A stretch of 64,000 nt of DNA from Bacteroidota bacterium (lineage in GTDB: Bacteria > Bacteroidota > Bacteroidia > B-17B0 > Aurantibacillaceae), in NCBI GenBank assembly GCA_040386075.1, contig JAZKGE010000027.1, forward strand, positions 171,403-235,402, given 5' to 3'. Shown here piece by piece: positions 45,057 to 54,714 of the stretch; position 1 is the first letter of the stretch; every line of letters begins with the position of its first letter. The translations under genes were made by a program, and so were the position numbers. The notes under the pieces were generated by a model that had not been told where the DNA came from, did no database searches, and worked only from the letters and a program-made list of their open reading frames with translations.

Positions 45057-46871
45057 ATGCTGGTTATTAATTTGAGTTATAATGCAAAGGATTTTTTAGA
45101 ATATAAAAAAGAGTGTGCAAATTCAGATTCGTTAGTATTGGATATAACGGGCGCTCTGTCAAATGAGGTAATTAAAGGCTCTATAGATATTGGAACATTA
45201 CAAGAAAATTATACTATATTTCAACAGGCAATTACCGATATGATTGATGCTATCGGTAAAGCAAGTCTATTACAGTTAAATAACAATGAACAGGTAAGAG
45301 ATTTAAACTTGAATGGTTTAAACCTTTTTTGGCAAACCACCATCTCCGAAAAATACCCTACACACTCATTTTTGATTAATTTATTTTATCTGAAAATAAT
45401 TTTAAAAGAAAAGCTTGAATCCATTAATTTTAAAAGTGTATACATTATACTTCCTTCAATTCACGAAACAGTATATATCAAATCTATCACTAAGTTCTTC
45501 CAACAAAATTATCAAATAGAGCAGTCAGGTTTTAATATTGACTTTAAATCTACTGAAAGCAACGGATCACTTTTTAAAAAGATAAAATCTACTATTATAG
45601 AGACGTTATTTTTTAAAAAGAACATTGAGTCTTTTAAAGTTTCAAAGAAAAATTTTCAGTTAAGAAACTATGCGGTTATTCCCGTTCACTCTCCTTCATG
45701 GAAACAAGCTGAAAATAGAGACAGGGTTCTTGGATTTATTGTTGATGGATCACAGGGTGCAAAAGGAACTTATCTTCCCTACTTTAGCGACTTGTTTGCA
45801 ACCGTAAAATGGAATGTGAAATGGGATTTGGATTATATTCATTCTTTTCCAACTAAGTTTCAATTAGCTAAACATTACTTTTCTAAGTTCAATATTTATA
45901 AAAAAATAAGAAAGATCAGGGATTTGAATGTTACCGATATAAATTTCGTTGATGGAAATGTTATTTATTCTGAACTGAAAATGGTCTTATCTAAAAATTA
46001 TTATTTTGTAAATTTTCTGTGGATGAAGAATTTTTTTTCTTCTATGTCCAGTCCGTCAAATATTTTTTACTATTGTGAATTTTATAAACAGCGGGGAAGA
46101 GTTATTTCTCAAGCAGTTAATAGATGCAATAATCCAAAAGTTAAATCGTATGGCTTTCAACATGGTATAATTTATAAAGGGCATACAATTTATAATCTTA
46201 CTAGAACGGAAATGGAATGCACAAAGGCATTTAATGGGTTACCAAAACCACAGCATTTTATCTTGTGGGGCAAGTATTTTAAAGACATATTAAATACACA
46301 CAACGCATTTGCTGATAGCGAATTATTAGTGGCAGGTAATCCAAATTATTTGGGTGCATTTAAAAAACATACCCATAGAAAACATAAAAATGAAGTTCCT
46401 ACGTTTTTATGGTGCACCACTTTAGAAGTTTTAGCTAAAAAGGAATTAGATATTATACAGCCATTTCTTAATGGATTAAATTCATATAAATTACTCATTC
46501 GTTGTCATCCCGGACACCAAATTCAAAATCATGTTTTAGGTTTATTTAATGAAGAAAGCATTAAAAATGTTAGTATCTGTGATAAAAAGGATGTATTTGA
46601 TGCTATTTGTACTATTGACTATGTATTTGCTGCAGTAGCATCCACTATTTTTATGGATGCCTTGATGCTAAACAAAATTGTATTTCAATTACAAACGGAT
46701 ATATTTTATAATGCACTAATACCCTCACCTAATGCCTATATTGTTAATTCATCAAATGAATTGAATGAACTTTATACCAAACTAAAACTACAGGACACAG
46801 AAAAAAATTTTGTGAAAGAGCAAACTATTTTGCATTTGAACGAATCGACCTGGGAAGAAATTTTAAATTAA
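45057..46871 (+). CDS. hypothetical protein; C-terminal half weakly resembles GT-B TagF/capsule-polymerase-type enzymes
   Basis: 604 aa. EVPTFLWCTTLEV ... YKLLIRCHPGH recalls the ILYAPTWR ... K-x-HP pattern of CDP-glycerol glycerophosphotransferase/capsule synthesis families. Eye-level similarity only. Confidence 0.45.
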   Translation: MLVINLSYNAKDFLEYKKECANSDSLVLDITGALSNEVIKGSIDIGTLQENYTIFQQAITDMIDAIGKASLLQLNNNEQVRDLNLNGLNLFWQTTISEKYPTHSFLINLFYLKIILKEKLESINFKSVYIILPSIHETVYIKSITKFFQQNYQIEQSGFNIDFKSTESNGSLFKKIKSTIIETLFFKKNIESFKVSKKNFQLRNYAVIPVHSPSWKQAENRDRVLGFIVDGSQGAKGTYLPYFSDLFATVKWNVKWDLDYIHSFPTKFQLAKHYFSKFNIYKKIRKIRDLNVTDINFVDGNVIYSELKMVLSKNYYFVNFLWMKNFFSSMSSPSNIFYYCEFYKQRGRVISQAVNRCNNPKVKSYGFQHGIIYKGHTIYNLTRTEMECTKAFNGLPKPQHFILWGKYFKDILNTHNAFADSELLVAGNPNYLGAFKKHTHRKHKNEVPTFLWCTTLEVLAKKELDIIQPFLNGLNSYKLLIRCHPGHQIQNHVLGLFNEESIKNVSICDKKDVFDAICTIDYVFAAVASTIFMDALMLNKIVFQLQTDIFYNALIPSPNAYIVNSSNELNELYTKLKLQDTEKNFVKEQTILHLNESTWEEILN

Positions 46872-46922
46872 TATCAGCAATCTTTATTTATTTTATAAAC
46901 TCTTATCATTTAATTTTATAAC

Positions 46923-47939
46923 ATGTTAGATTTAAACGGAAAATCTCTTTTAATAACAGGAGGAACTGGTTCTTTAGGAAAAGAACTTACTAAAACTATT
47001 CTGCAAAACTGGCCGGATATTAAACGACTTGTAATATTTTCAAGAGATGAACAGAAACAGTTTCAAATGGATCAGGAATTCCCTTCCTCTAAGCATAAGG
47101 CCATTCGATACTTCATTGGGGATGTAAGGGATCTTGAACGCTTAAAGCGAGCTTTCATTGGTATTGATTACGTTATTCACGCAGCTGCCATGAAACATGT
47201 GCATATTGCAGAATATAATCCGGATGAATGTGTTAAAACCAATATTGGCGGAGCAGAAAACGTTATTAAAGCGGCACTGGATTCAAATATTACAAAAGTG
47301 GTGGCCCTGTCAACAGATAAGGCATGTGCGCCAATTAATTTGTACGGTGCAACAAAATTAACTTCCGATAAATTATTTATTGCTGCTAATAATATCAAAG
47401 GTCATAAAGATATCAAGTTTTCAGTTGTTAGATATGGTAATGTAATGGGTTCAAACGGTTCAGTAATTCCTTTTTTCCTGAACAAAAGAAAAGAAGGTGT
47501 GTTGCCAATAACAGATCCCAATATGACACGTTTTAATATCTCGTTGCAGGGTGGTGTTGACATGGTGCTTCATGCATTAGATGCAGCCTGGGGTGGAGAA
47601 TTATTTGTGCCAAAGATACCTTCTTATAAAATTATGGATGTTGCAAAAGCAATAGGACCAAATTGCGAGCATAAAATAAACGGTATTCGACCAGGAGAAA
47701 AAATTCATGAGGAAATGATAACCAGCTCCGACTCATTTACAACTTATGATCTGGGGAAATATTATGTGATCCTTCCTCAGGTTACTAATTGGAAACTGGA
47801 TGAGTACATGAAACACTTTAACGCTAAACTGGTTCCTCAAGGATTTCATTACACTTCAGAAAACAATAGTGAATGGGAAACTGTTGAAGGATTAAGAAAA
47901 TTGATTGTTGAACACGTTGACCCAACTTTTAAACCATAA
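46923..47939 (+). CDS. pseB: UDP-N-acetylglucosamine 4,6-dehydratase (inverting)
   Basis: LNGKSLLITGGTGSLGKELTKTIL...VIFSRDEQKQFQM, YGATKLTSDKLF and RYGNVMGSNGSVIPFF match PseB/FlaA1. Followed by pseC. Confidence 0.85.
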   Translation: MLDLNGKSLLITGGTGSLGKELTKTILQNWPDIKRLVIFSRDEQKQFQMDQEFPSSKHKAIRYFIGDVRDLERLKRAFIGIDYVIHAAAMKHVHIAEYNPDECVKTNIGGAENVIKAALDSNITKVVALSTDKACAPINLYGATKLTSDKLFIAANNIKGHKDIKFSVVRYGNVMGSNGSVIPFFLNKRKEGVLPITDPNMTRFNISLQGGVDMVLHALDAAWGGELFVPKIPSYKIMDVAKAIGPNCEHKINGIRPGEKIHEEMITSSDSFTTYDLGKYYVILPQVTNWKLDEYMKHFNAKLVPQGFHYTSENNSEWETVEGLRKLIVEHVDPTFKP

Positions 47940-47943
47940 TTAA

Positions 47944-49092
47944 ATGATTCCATACGGTAGACAAAATATTACTGAGGATGATATTAATGCTGTTATAACA
48001 GCATTGAAATCAGATTTCCTGACACAAGGCCCTGAGATAGCGGTGTTTGAAAAAGCATTTGCTGAGTATATAGGATGTAAGTATGCTGTGGCTGTATCAA
48101 ATGGAACGGCTGCGTTACATTTATGCACCATGGCGTTAGGAGTTGATGAGAATTCAAGAGTTATCACAAGCCCGATTACCTTCGCTGCTTCTGCTAATTG
48201 CGTTCGTTATTGCAATGGGGAAGTTTATTTTGCTGATATTGATCCTGAGACTTATTTACTGGACATCACTAAAGTGCGGGCATTATTGGAAAAGCAGCCT
48301 AAAGGCTACTTTCAGGGAATAATTCCCGTAGATTTTGCAGGTAACGCGGTTAATCTTGAAGAATTCAGAAAGCTGGCAGATGAATTTGGTTGTTGGATCA
48401 TTGAAGATGCTTGTCACGCACCGGGTGGCTATTTTATAGATAGTAAAGGAACCCAGCAGTTTTGTGGAAACAGCCGGTTTGCCGATCTGGCTATTTTTTC
48501 TTTTCATCCGGTTAAACATATAGCGTGCGGCGAAGGAGGAATGGTAACTACTAATGATGAAGCTTTATATCATAAACTGATAAAGCTTCGTACTCATGGC
48601 ATCACTAAGGATCCTGAGTTGATGCACAAAAATGATGGAGGTTGGTATTATGAAATGCAAGAGTTAGGGTATAATTATCGAATTACAGATTTTCAGGCTG
48701 CCTTGGGAACCTCTCAATTAAAGAGAGCAGACGAAGGTTTAAAAAGAAGAAGAGAGATAGCTCGCATTTACGAAGATGCTTTTAAATCAAATAAAAATAT
48801 AAAGGCACAATCCGGAGTTGTTGATGGACACGCCTATCACTTATATATTATTGAAGTAGAAAAACGTAAAGACTTGTATGACTTCTTAAGATCAAAAGAT
48901 GTTTTTTGTCAGGTTCATTATATTCCTGTTCATACCTTACCTTATTATGAAAGCTTAGGATGGAAACAGGGAGATTTTAAAAATGCAGAACAATACTACA
49001 AAGGTTGTTTAAGTTTGCCTATGTATCCTACCTTAACCAATGAACAACAAATGTTTGTGATCAACCTCATTAACTCGTTTTTAGGTGAATAA
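47944..49092 (+). CDS. pseC: UDP-4-amino-4,6-dideoxy-N-acetyl-beta-L-altrosamine transaminase
   Basis: MIPYGRQNITEDDINAVITALKSDFLTQGP and SFHPVKHIACGEGG (PLP Lys). Sits between pseB and pseF. Confidence 0.85.
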   Translation: MIPYGRQNITEDDINAVITALKSDFLTQGPEIAVFEKAFAEYIGCKYAVAVSNGTAALHLCTMALGVDENSRVITSPITFAASANCVRYCNGEVYFADIDPETYLLDITKVRALLEKQPKGYFQGIIPVDFAGNAVNLEEFRKLADEFGCWIIEDACHAPGGYFIDSKGTQQFCGNSRFADLAIFSFHPVKHIACGEGGMVTTNDEALYHKLIKLRTHGITKDPELMHKNDGGWYYEMQELGYNYRITDFQAALGTSQLKRADEGLKRRREIARIYEDAFKSNKNIKAQSGVVDGHAYHLYIIEVEKRKDLYDFLRSKDVFCQVHYIPVHTLPYYESLGWKQGDFKNAEQYYKGCLSLPMYPTLTNEQQMFVINLINSFLGE

Positions 49093-49777
49093 CGTTGCAA
49101 TTATAACAGCTCGTGGCGGCAGTAAACGCATACCAAAAAAAAATATAAAAGATTTTTTGGGAAAACCTATTATTGCCTATTCAATTGAAACAGCCTTAAA
49201 TTCAGGTTTGTTTGATTATGTCATGGTGTCTACTGACGACAATGAAATTGCAGAAGTAGCAAAAAAATACGGCGCTCAAGTTCCCTTTGTAAGAAGCAAA
49301 CAAACATCAGATGATTTTACAGGTACTGCCGATGTTGTGATAGAAGTATTACATGATTTGAAAAAAATAGGAAAAGAATTTATAAACGCCTGTTGCATTT
49401 ATCCAACGGCGCCTTTTATATCTAAACAAACATTAAATGAATCGTATCAATTACTCATTGGTAAAAAATTTGATTCTGTGTTTCCAGTTTGTTCTTTTTC
49501 ATACCCAATTCAAAGGGCCTTAGAAATCAATGATTCAAAAACAAAAATGGTTTGGGGAGAAAATTTGAATAAACGTTCGCAGGATTTACCAGCAAGATAT
49601 CACGATGCTGGACAATTTTATTGGATGAATGTGGAATCTTTTTTAATTGAGAAAAAATTATTCACTAACAATACAGGCTCTGTCATCTTAGATGAATTAC
49701 AAGTACAAGACATAGATAACGAAACCGATTGGAAATTGGCGGAATTAAAATTCAATTTATTATTTTCTAGTAATTAA
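49085..49777 (+). CDS. pseF: pseudaminic acid cytidylyltransferase
   Basis: VAIITARGGSKRIPKKNIKDFLGKPIIAYSI and RSQDLPARYHDAGQFYW are CMP-NulO synthetase motifs. GTG start overlaps the pseC stop. Confidence 0.8.
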   Translation: MNNVAIITARGGSKRIPKKNIKDFLGKPIIAYSIETALNSGLFDYVMVSTDDNEIAEVAKKYGAQVPFVRSKQTSDDFTGTADVVIEVLHDLKKIGKEFINACCIYPTAPFISKQTLNESYQLLIGKKFDSVFPVCSFSYPIQRALEINDSKTKMVWGENLNKRSQDLPARYHDAGQFYWMNVESFLIEKKLFTNNTGSVILDELQVQDIDNETDWKLAELKFNLLFSSN

Positions 49778-49778
49778 A

Positions 49779-51782
49779 ATGCGCAATTATAAGTGTTTAC
49801 AAACTAATACATTTTCTAATGGAAATTATAGCTTAGTTCCAATTAGAGATGAAGATAAGTACGATATCTTAAAGTGGCGCAATGAACAAATAGATATTTG
49901 TAGGCAAACAACACCTTTAACCAACGAGCAACAGGAGTTATATTTTAGCACAGTCGTTACGCAGTTATTCGAAGAGGAAAAACCAAATCAAATACTTTGG
50001 TCTTTTTTATTAGATGGCAAGTTTATAGGATATGGAGGGTTGGTACATATCGATTGGGATAAAAAATGCGGTGAAATTTCTTTTTTGACAGAAACCTCTC
50101 GGAGTAAAATAAAAGATTTATTTATTTCTGAATGGACAATTTATTTATCACTTGTAAAAGAAATAGCTAAGGTTCATTTGAACTTTAATTACATCTTTAC
50201 ATACGCCTATGACATTAGACCTAATTTATATGTAGCTCTTGAAAATTCAGGATTTAATGAAACGGAACGTTTTAAAGATTTTATCGAAATTAATAGTGAA
50301 TTAAAAGATGTTGTAATACATACATTTTATTTTACTGAGCCGGTAATGAGGTTTGCAAAATTATCTGATGTCGATCTTTATTATAAATGGGTTAATAATC
50401 CTGAAGTAAGAAAAAATTCTTTCAATCAGGATATAATTGCGTATGAAGGTCATGTTAAATGGTTTAATGCTAAAGTAAATTCAGAAAATTGTTTTTTTTA
50501 TCTTTTTTTTAATAAGGATTTAAGCCCTATTGGTCAGGTTAGAATTGATAAAAATGAAGAAGTAATTGTTGATGTTTCGATTGACGAAAATCAAAGAGGC
50601 AGATCGTACTCTTCAAAAGTATTAAAATTGGCTTGCGAAGATTTTTTTAAAAAATTCCCAAACGAAACGATTTCTTCTTATATCAAAAAAACAAATATTC
50701 CTTCATACAAAGCTTTTTTAAATGCAGGCTTTTTTGAAGTAACTAATCATATTGATTCTAGTGTTTTTAAACTCGAGAAGATGAAGAATAAGAGACAGGT
50801 TATTTATTCATTTGAAAATAAAAATGATTTATTTGATGTTATTAAATTGAATAATACAGATGAGAAAGATGTTTCAGAGTTTTTTGAACTTTTTTATCAT
50901 TGCTTTGGGAAGCGCTCATATCTTGATACTGATTGGTATAATTGGTTTCACGTGAATAATCCCTACGGCTTATGTAATAATTATATTCTTGTAGACAGAG
51001 AAAAAAATAAATTTATTGGTGCTTATGCTTTAGCTAAATCTGTTATAAGTATTAATGGTAAATCTTCGAATGCCAAAATTGGCGTAAACGGAATGATTCA
51101 TCAGGACTACAGAAACAGAGGGCTATACTCTAAAATAATTGAAATTGCAGTTCAGCAGGATGATAAAGAAGTTTTAGCTATTGCCTATCCCCACGGAAAA
51201 AATAAGGGTTCTGCTTCAGGTCATGCAAAAGCAGGATGGAAATTATTAAAAGAAATTGCATTTTATGCAATCACAAGTCTAAATGATTTTTCGATAGATG
51301 AGAAAGTTAAAAAGATAAGCTCTTTTACTGGAATAAATGGCATTGATGAATTAGTGAAATCATGTAACTATTCAAGTTACTTAGTGCGAACCAAAGAATG
51401 GCTTAATTGGCGTTTTTTTTTAAGACCTCACAAAAAATATGAAGTCATCGGACATTTTGATTCAGTAAATCATATACAGGGTTATTTAGTTTTAGGGTAT
51501 TATAAGAATGATGTTGTCAATAGATGTCAAATATTGGATTATAGTGCTGTAAATTTTGAAGTATTGCTTTCTTTATTAAATAAAGCTAAAGAGATTGCTT
51601 TTACTAATCAATGTTCAGTGCTTGATGTATGGCTTGATGAGTATTCAAAAGAATTAAAGTTCTTTATAGAACATGCATTTTTAAAGACAGACGAACATTA
51701 TTCATTATTCTATTTTAATAACACAAATAATAAGTTAGACATCAATATAAAAACAATTTTATCCGATTTAGATGCAGTTTAA
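49779..51782 (+). CDS. triple acyltransferase fusion: two PseH-like GNAT modules + one larger GNAT/FemAB-like module
   Basis: Module 1 LVPIRDEDKYDILKWRNEQIDI. Module 2 FAKLSDVDLYYKWVNNPEVRKNSF...QRGRSYSSKVL. Module 3 GVNGMIHQDYRNRGLYSKIIEIAV. The KWRN/KWVN motif mirrors Campylobacter PseH. Confidence 0.65.
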   Translation: MRNYKCLQTNTFSNGNYSLVPIRDEDKYDILKWRNEQIDICRQTTPLTNEQQELYFSTVVTQLFEEEKPNQILWSFLLDGKFIGYGGLVHIDWDKKCGEISFLTETSRSKIKDLFISEWTIYLSLVKEIAKVHLNFNYIFTYAYDIRPNLYVALENSGFNETERFKDFIEINSELKDVVIHTFYFTEPVMRFAKLSDVDLYYKWVNNPEVRKNSFNQDIIAYEGHVKWFNAKVNSENCFFYLFFNKDLSPIGQVRIDKNEEVIVDVSIDENQRGRSYSSKVLKLACEDFFKKFPNETISSYIKKTNIPSYKAFLNAGFFEVTNHIDSSVFKLEKMKNKRQVIYSFENKNDLFDVIKLNNTDEKDVSEFFELFYHCFGKRSYLDTDWYNWFHVNNPYGLCNNYILVDREKNKFIGAYALAKSVISINGKSSNAKIGVNGMIHQDYRNRGLYSKIIEIAVQQDDKEVLAIAYPHGKNKGSASGHAKAGWKLLKEIAFYAITSLNDFSIDEKVKKISSFTGINGIDELVKSCNYSSYLVRTKEWLNWRFFLRPHKKYEVIGHFDSVNHIQGYLVLGYYKNDVVNRCQILDYSAVNFEVLLSLLNKAKEIAFTNQCSVLDVWLDEYSKELKFFIEHAFLKTDEHYSLFYFNNTNNKLDINIKTILSDLDAV

Positions 51783-52476
51783 TAATAAAAAAATCATGAT
51801 TGTTGTAGCACATCCAGATGATGAATTATTAGGATTAGGGGCTACAATGAATAAAATAATTTCAGAAAGTAATGTAATAACACACTTAGTTATATTAGGT
51901 GAAGGTATTACTTCACGATCTGATAATCGAGACAAATCTTTATGGGAAAAAGAACTTGAGATACACCGTAATAATATTTATGCCGCACAAAAATGCATTG
52001 GGTATCATTCCGTAAGTATTCATCAAATAGCAGATAATAGATTTGATAGTGTAAATCTTCTTGATATTATTAAAATAGTTGAAAAAGAAAAAGAAAAATT
52101 TCAACCAGATGTTATTTTTACACATCATGGTGGTGATTTAAATATTGATCATCAACGTACTTTTGAAGCAGTAATTACATGCACTAGACCTATGGAAAAT
52201 GAAAAGGTAAAAACAATCATTACTTTTGAAACCCCATCGGGTACAGAATGGCGAGCATCAACAGATCCTAAACATTTTATTCCTAATTTATTTTTTGAAG
52301 TGTCGGAAGATAATTTAGACGCTAAAATTAAGGGCATGGAAAATTACGAATTTGAAAAAAGAAAGTATCCTCATCCCAGATCTCCAGAAGCATTAAAAAT
52401 ACAAGCACAGCGTTGGGGGATTTCTGTGGGAAAACCTTTTGCAGAGGCATTCGTTTTAGTTAGACAAATTAATTAA
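51772..52476 (+). CDS. PIG-L/LmbE-family N-acetyl-sugar deacetylase
   Basis: IMIVVAHPDDELLGLGATM and HHGGDLNIDH are the family zinc-binding signatures. Confidence 0.8.
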   Translation: MQFNNKKIMIVVAHPDDELLGLGATMNKIISESNVITHLVILGEGITSRSDNRDKSLWEKELEIHRNNIYAAQKCIGYHSVSIHQIADNRFDSVNLLDIIKIVEKEKEKFQPDVIFTHHGGDLNIDHQRTFEAVITCTRPMENEKVKTIITFETPSGTEWRASTDPKHFIPNLFFEVSEDNLDAKIKGMENYEFEKRKYPHPRSPEALKIQAQRWGISVGKPFAEAFVLVRQIN

Positions 52477-52483
52477 TTTAAAG

Positions 52484-53524
52484 ATGAATATTAAAATAGG
52501 TGATTTTTTAATTGGCTCAAATCAAAAGCCATTTATTATAGCAGAAATGAGTGGTAATCATAATCAATCATTAGATCGAGCATTTGAGTTAGTAGATGCA
52601 GCTGCAGCAGCGGGGGCACATGCTTTAAAACTGCAAACGTATACAGCCGATACGATTACCATGAAAGGTGCTTACACTATTACAGATCCTAATTCTCTGT
52701 GGTATGGTAAAGAATTGCATGATTTGTATAAAGAAGCCTACACACCTTGGGAATGGCATAAACCTATTTTTGACAGGGCAATTGAAAAAGGAATGATTGC
52801 ATTCAGTTCGCCATTTGATGAAACGGCTGTTGATTTTTTGGAAAGTCTAAATGTTCCTGCATATAAAATTGCTTCTTTCGAAAATACACATTTACCATTA
52901 ATTCGTAAAGTGGCAAAAACCGGTAAACCAGTAATTATTTCAACTGGTGTTTCTTCCATAGCTGATGTAGATGAGGCTGTTAAAACATTGAAATCTGAGG
53001 GCTGCGAAAATTTTGTTTTATTAAAATGCACAAGCACATATCCTGCTACTCTCGAAAACACAAACTTAAACACGATTCCTCATTTAGCCCAATTACATAA
53101 TTGCATTGTTGGTTTATCAGACCATACCATGGGAATTGGAGCATCCGTTGCGGCCGTGGCATTAGGTGCAAGAGTAATTGAAAAACATTTCACCTTGCGC
53201 AGAGCAGATGGAGGTGTCGATAGTGCGTTTTCGATGGAGCCAGAGGAGTTAAAAGCCTTAGTGATTGAAACTGAACGTGCCTTTTTATCACTCGGTAAAA
53301 TTCAATATGGCGTGCAAAAAATAGAACAGAATAGCTTGTTTTTTAAACGCTCTATTTATGTTTCAAAAGATATAAAAGCTGGAGAATTATTTAGTGAAGC
53401 TAATCTTAAAATTATTCGCCCTGGTGATGGTTTAGCCCCAAAGTTTTGGGATGATATTATTGGCAAACCATGTCATTACAATTTAAAGGCAGGTAGTCCA
53501 TTAAATTTTAAGAATCTTATTTAA
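52484..53524 (+). CDS. pseI: pseudaminic acid synthase (NeuB family with SAF domain)
   Basis: KPFIIAEMSGNHNQSLDRAFELVDAAAAAGAHALKLQTY, GLSDHTMG, VIEKHFTL. C-terminal SAF-like KDIKAGELFSEANLKIIRPGDG. Confidence 0.85.
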   Translation: MNIKIGDFLIGSNQKPFIIAEMSGNHNQSLDRAFELVDAAAAAGAHALKLQTYTADTITMKGAYTITDPNSLWYGKELHDLYKEAYTPWEWHKPIFDRAIEKGMIAFSSPFDETAVDFLESLNVPAYKIASFENTHLPLIRKVAKTGKPVIISTGVSSIADVDEAVKTLKSEGCENFVLLKCTSTYPATLENTNLNTIPHLAQLHNCIVGLSDHTMGIGASVAAVALGARVIEKHFTLRRADGGVDSAFSMEPEELKALVIETERAFLSLGKIQYGVQKIEQNSLFFKRSIYVSKDIKAGELFSEANLKIIRPGDGLAPKFWDDIIGKPCHYNLKAGSPLNFKNLI

Positions 53525-53527
53525 AAG

Positions 53528-54700
53528 ATGCGAAAATCGATTTTAGTTATTTGCGGCACCGATCTTCAAAAAGCGCCAAGGTTTTTAACTCAGTTAGAAG
53601 CGCTTTATAAAGATTATGATATTACTGCAGCAGGCTATTCAGGTGATTTAAATTCTGAAAAGTATAAATTTATTTCGCTCATAAAAAGGCAAAGAGCTGA
53701 TAATTTTACCTTTCATCTCAAATATCCTTTATTACTTCGAAAGTTTTTTTCAATGTTATTGCGTGTTATTTATTCCAGGACAATTGACCCCGAAAAAAGC
53801 AGAATAGAAAATAATTTCAATTTATTGAAAAAATATAATTATGATCTGGTTATCTCCCACCATTTAAATGATTTACCGCTTGGCGTAAAACTTGCAAAGC
53901 ATAAGAAAACAAAATTGATCTTCAACGCACACGAATATTATCCTTTGCAATTTGAAGATAGGGATGACTGGATGCAAAATACCCAGCCATACAACATCAA
54001 AATAGCAAACACGTATTTTAAAGATGTGGATGCGTGTTTTTGTGTAGGATCTATTATTGCTCAAAAATATAAGGACGAATTTAATTTGGATAGCGACGTT
54101 ATCACGAATTCAAAACCTTTTATAGAGATAGCACCAGCAAAACTTAAAGCTGACGAAAAAATAAAGTTGGTACATCATGGCGCGGCAAACAGATCCAGAA
54201 AAATTGAAGAGATGATGGAACTAATGACGCATCTTGGCGAGAATTATACATTGGATCTGGTGTTGGTGCCAGGTGAGGAAAAGTATATTACCGAACTTAA
54301 GCAAAAAGCTTTAGCGTATAAGAATATTAATTTTCCTGAGGCAGTTCCTACAAAAGATATCTCTGCATACATCAGCAAATATGATATTGGTATTTATATT
54401 TTGCCTCCTACAAATTTTAATGGCACAAACGCACTTCCAAATAAATTTTTTGAATTTGTTCAGGCCAGACTTGCTATTGCAATCGGGCCATCTCCGGAAA
54501 TGGAATTACTGGTTAAAAAATATGATCTTGGTGTTGTATCTACTGATTTTTCATCGAAGTCGCTTGCAGATGCAATTTTGAAGATGGATGTGGAAAAGAT
54601 CATGTATTATAAAAACCAGGCTCATAAGCATGCGAAGGAATTAAGTACGGATGAAAACATGGATAAGATCAAACACATAGTTTATACTTTATTAAATTAG
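53528..54700 (+). CDS. GT-B glycosyltransferase-like protein (GT4-like C-terminal half)
   Basis: LVHHGAANRSRKIEEMM ... ALPNKFFEFVQARLAIAIGP resembles the E-x7-E region of retaining GT4 enzymes. No MurG/PseG-like G-x-G-H motif. Confidence 0.5.
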   Translation: MRKSILVICGTDLQKAPRFLTQLEALYKDYDITAAGYSGDLNSEKYKFISLIKRQRADNFTFHLKYPLLLRKFFSMLLRVIYSRTIDPEKSRIENNFNLLKKYNYDLVISHHLNDLPLGVKLAKHKKTKLIFNAHEYYPLQFEDRDDWMQNTQPYNIKIANTYFKDVDACFCVGSIIAQKYKDEFNLDSDVITNSKPFIEIAPAKLKADEKIKLVHHGAANRSRKIEEMMELMTHLGENYTLDLVLVPGEEKYITELKQKALAYKNINFPEAVPTKDISAYISKYDIGIYILPPTNFNGTNALPNKFFEFVQARLAIAIGPSPEMELLVKKYDLGVVSTDFSSKSLADAILKMDVEKIMYYKNQAHKHAKELSTDENMDKIKHIVYTLLN

Positions 54701-54714
54701 GAAGTGGTATATTG

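Noticed and set aside
53528-54700. Calling this GT-B-like ORF PseG (the UDP-sugar hydrolase of the Pse pathway) because of its position right after pseI.
   Set aside because: I cannot find the MurG/PseG-like N-terminal glycine-rich G-x-G-H motif. The C-terminal block looks GT4-like. It is kept as a generic glycosyltransferase, and the possibility is noted in the Pse finding.
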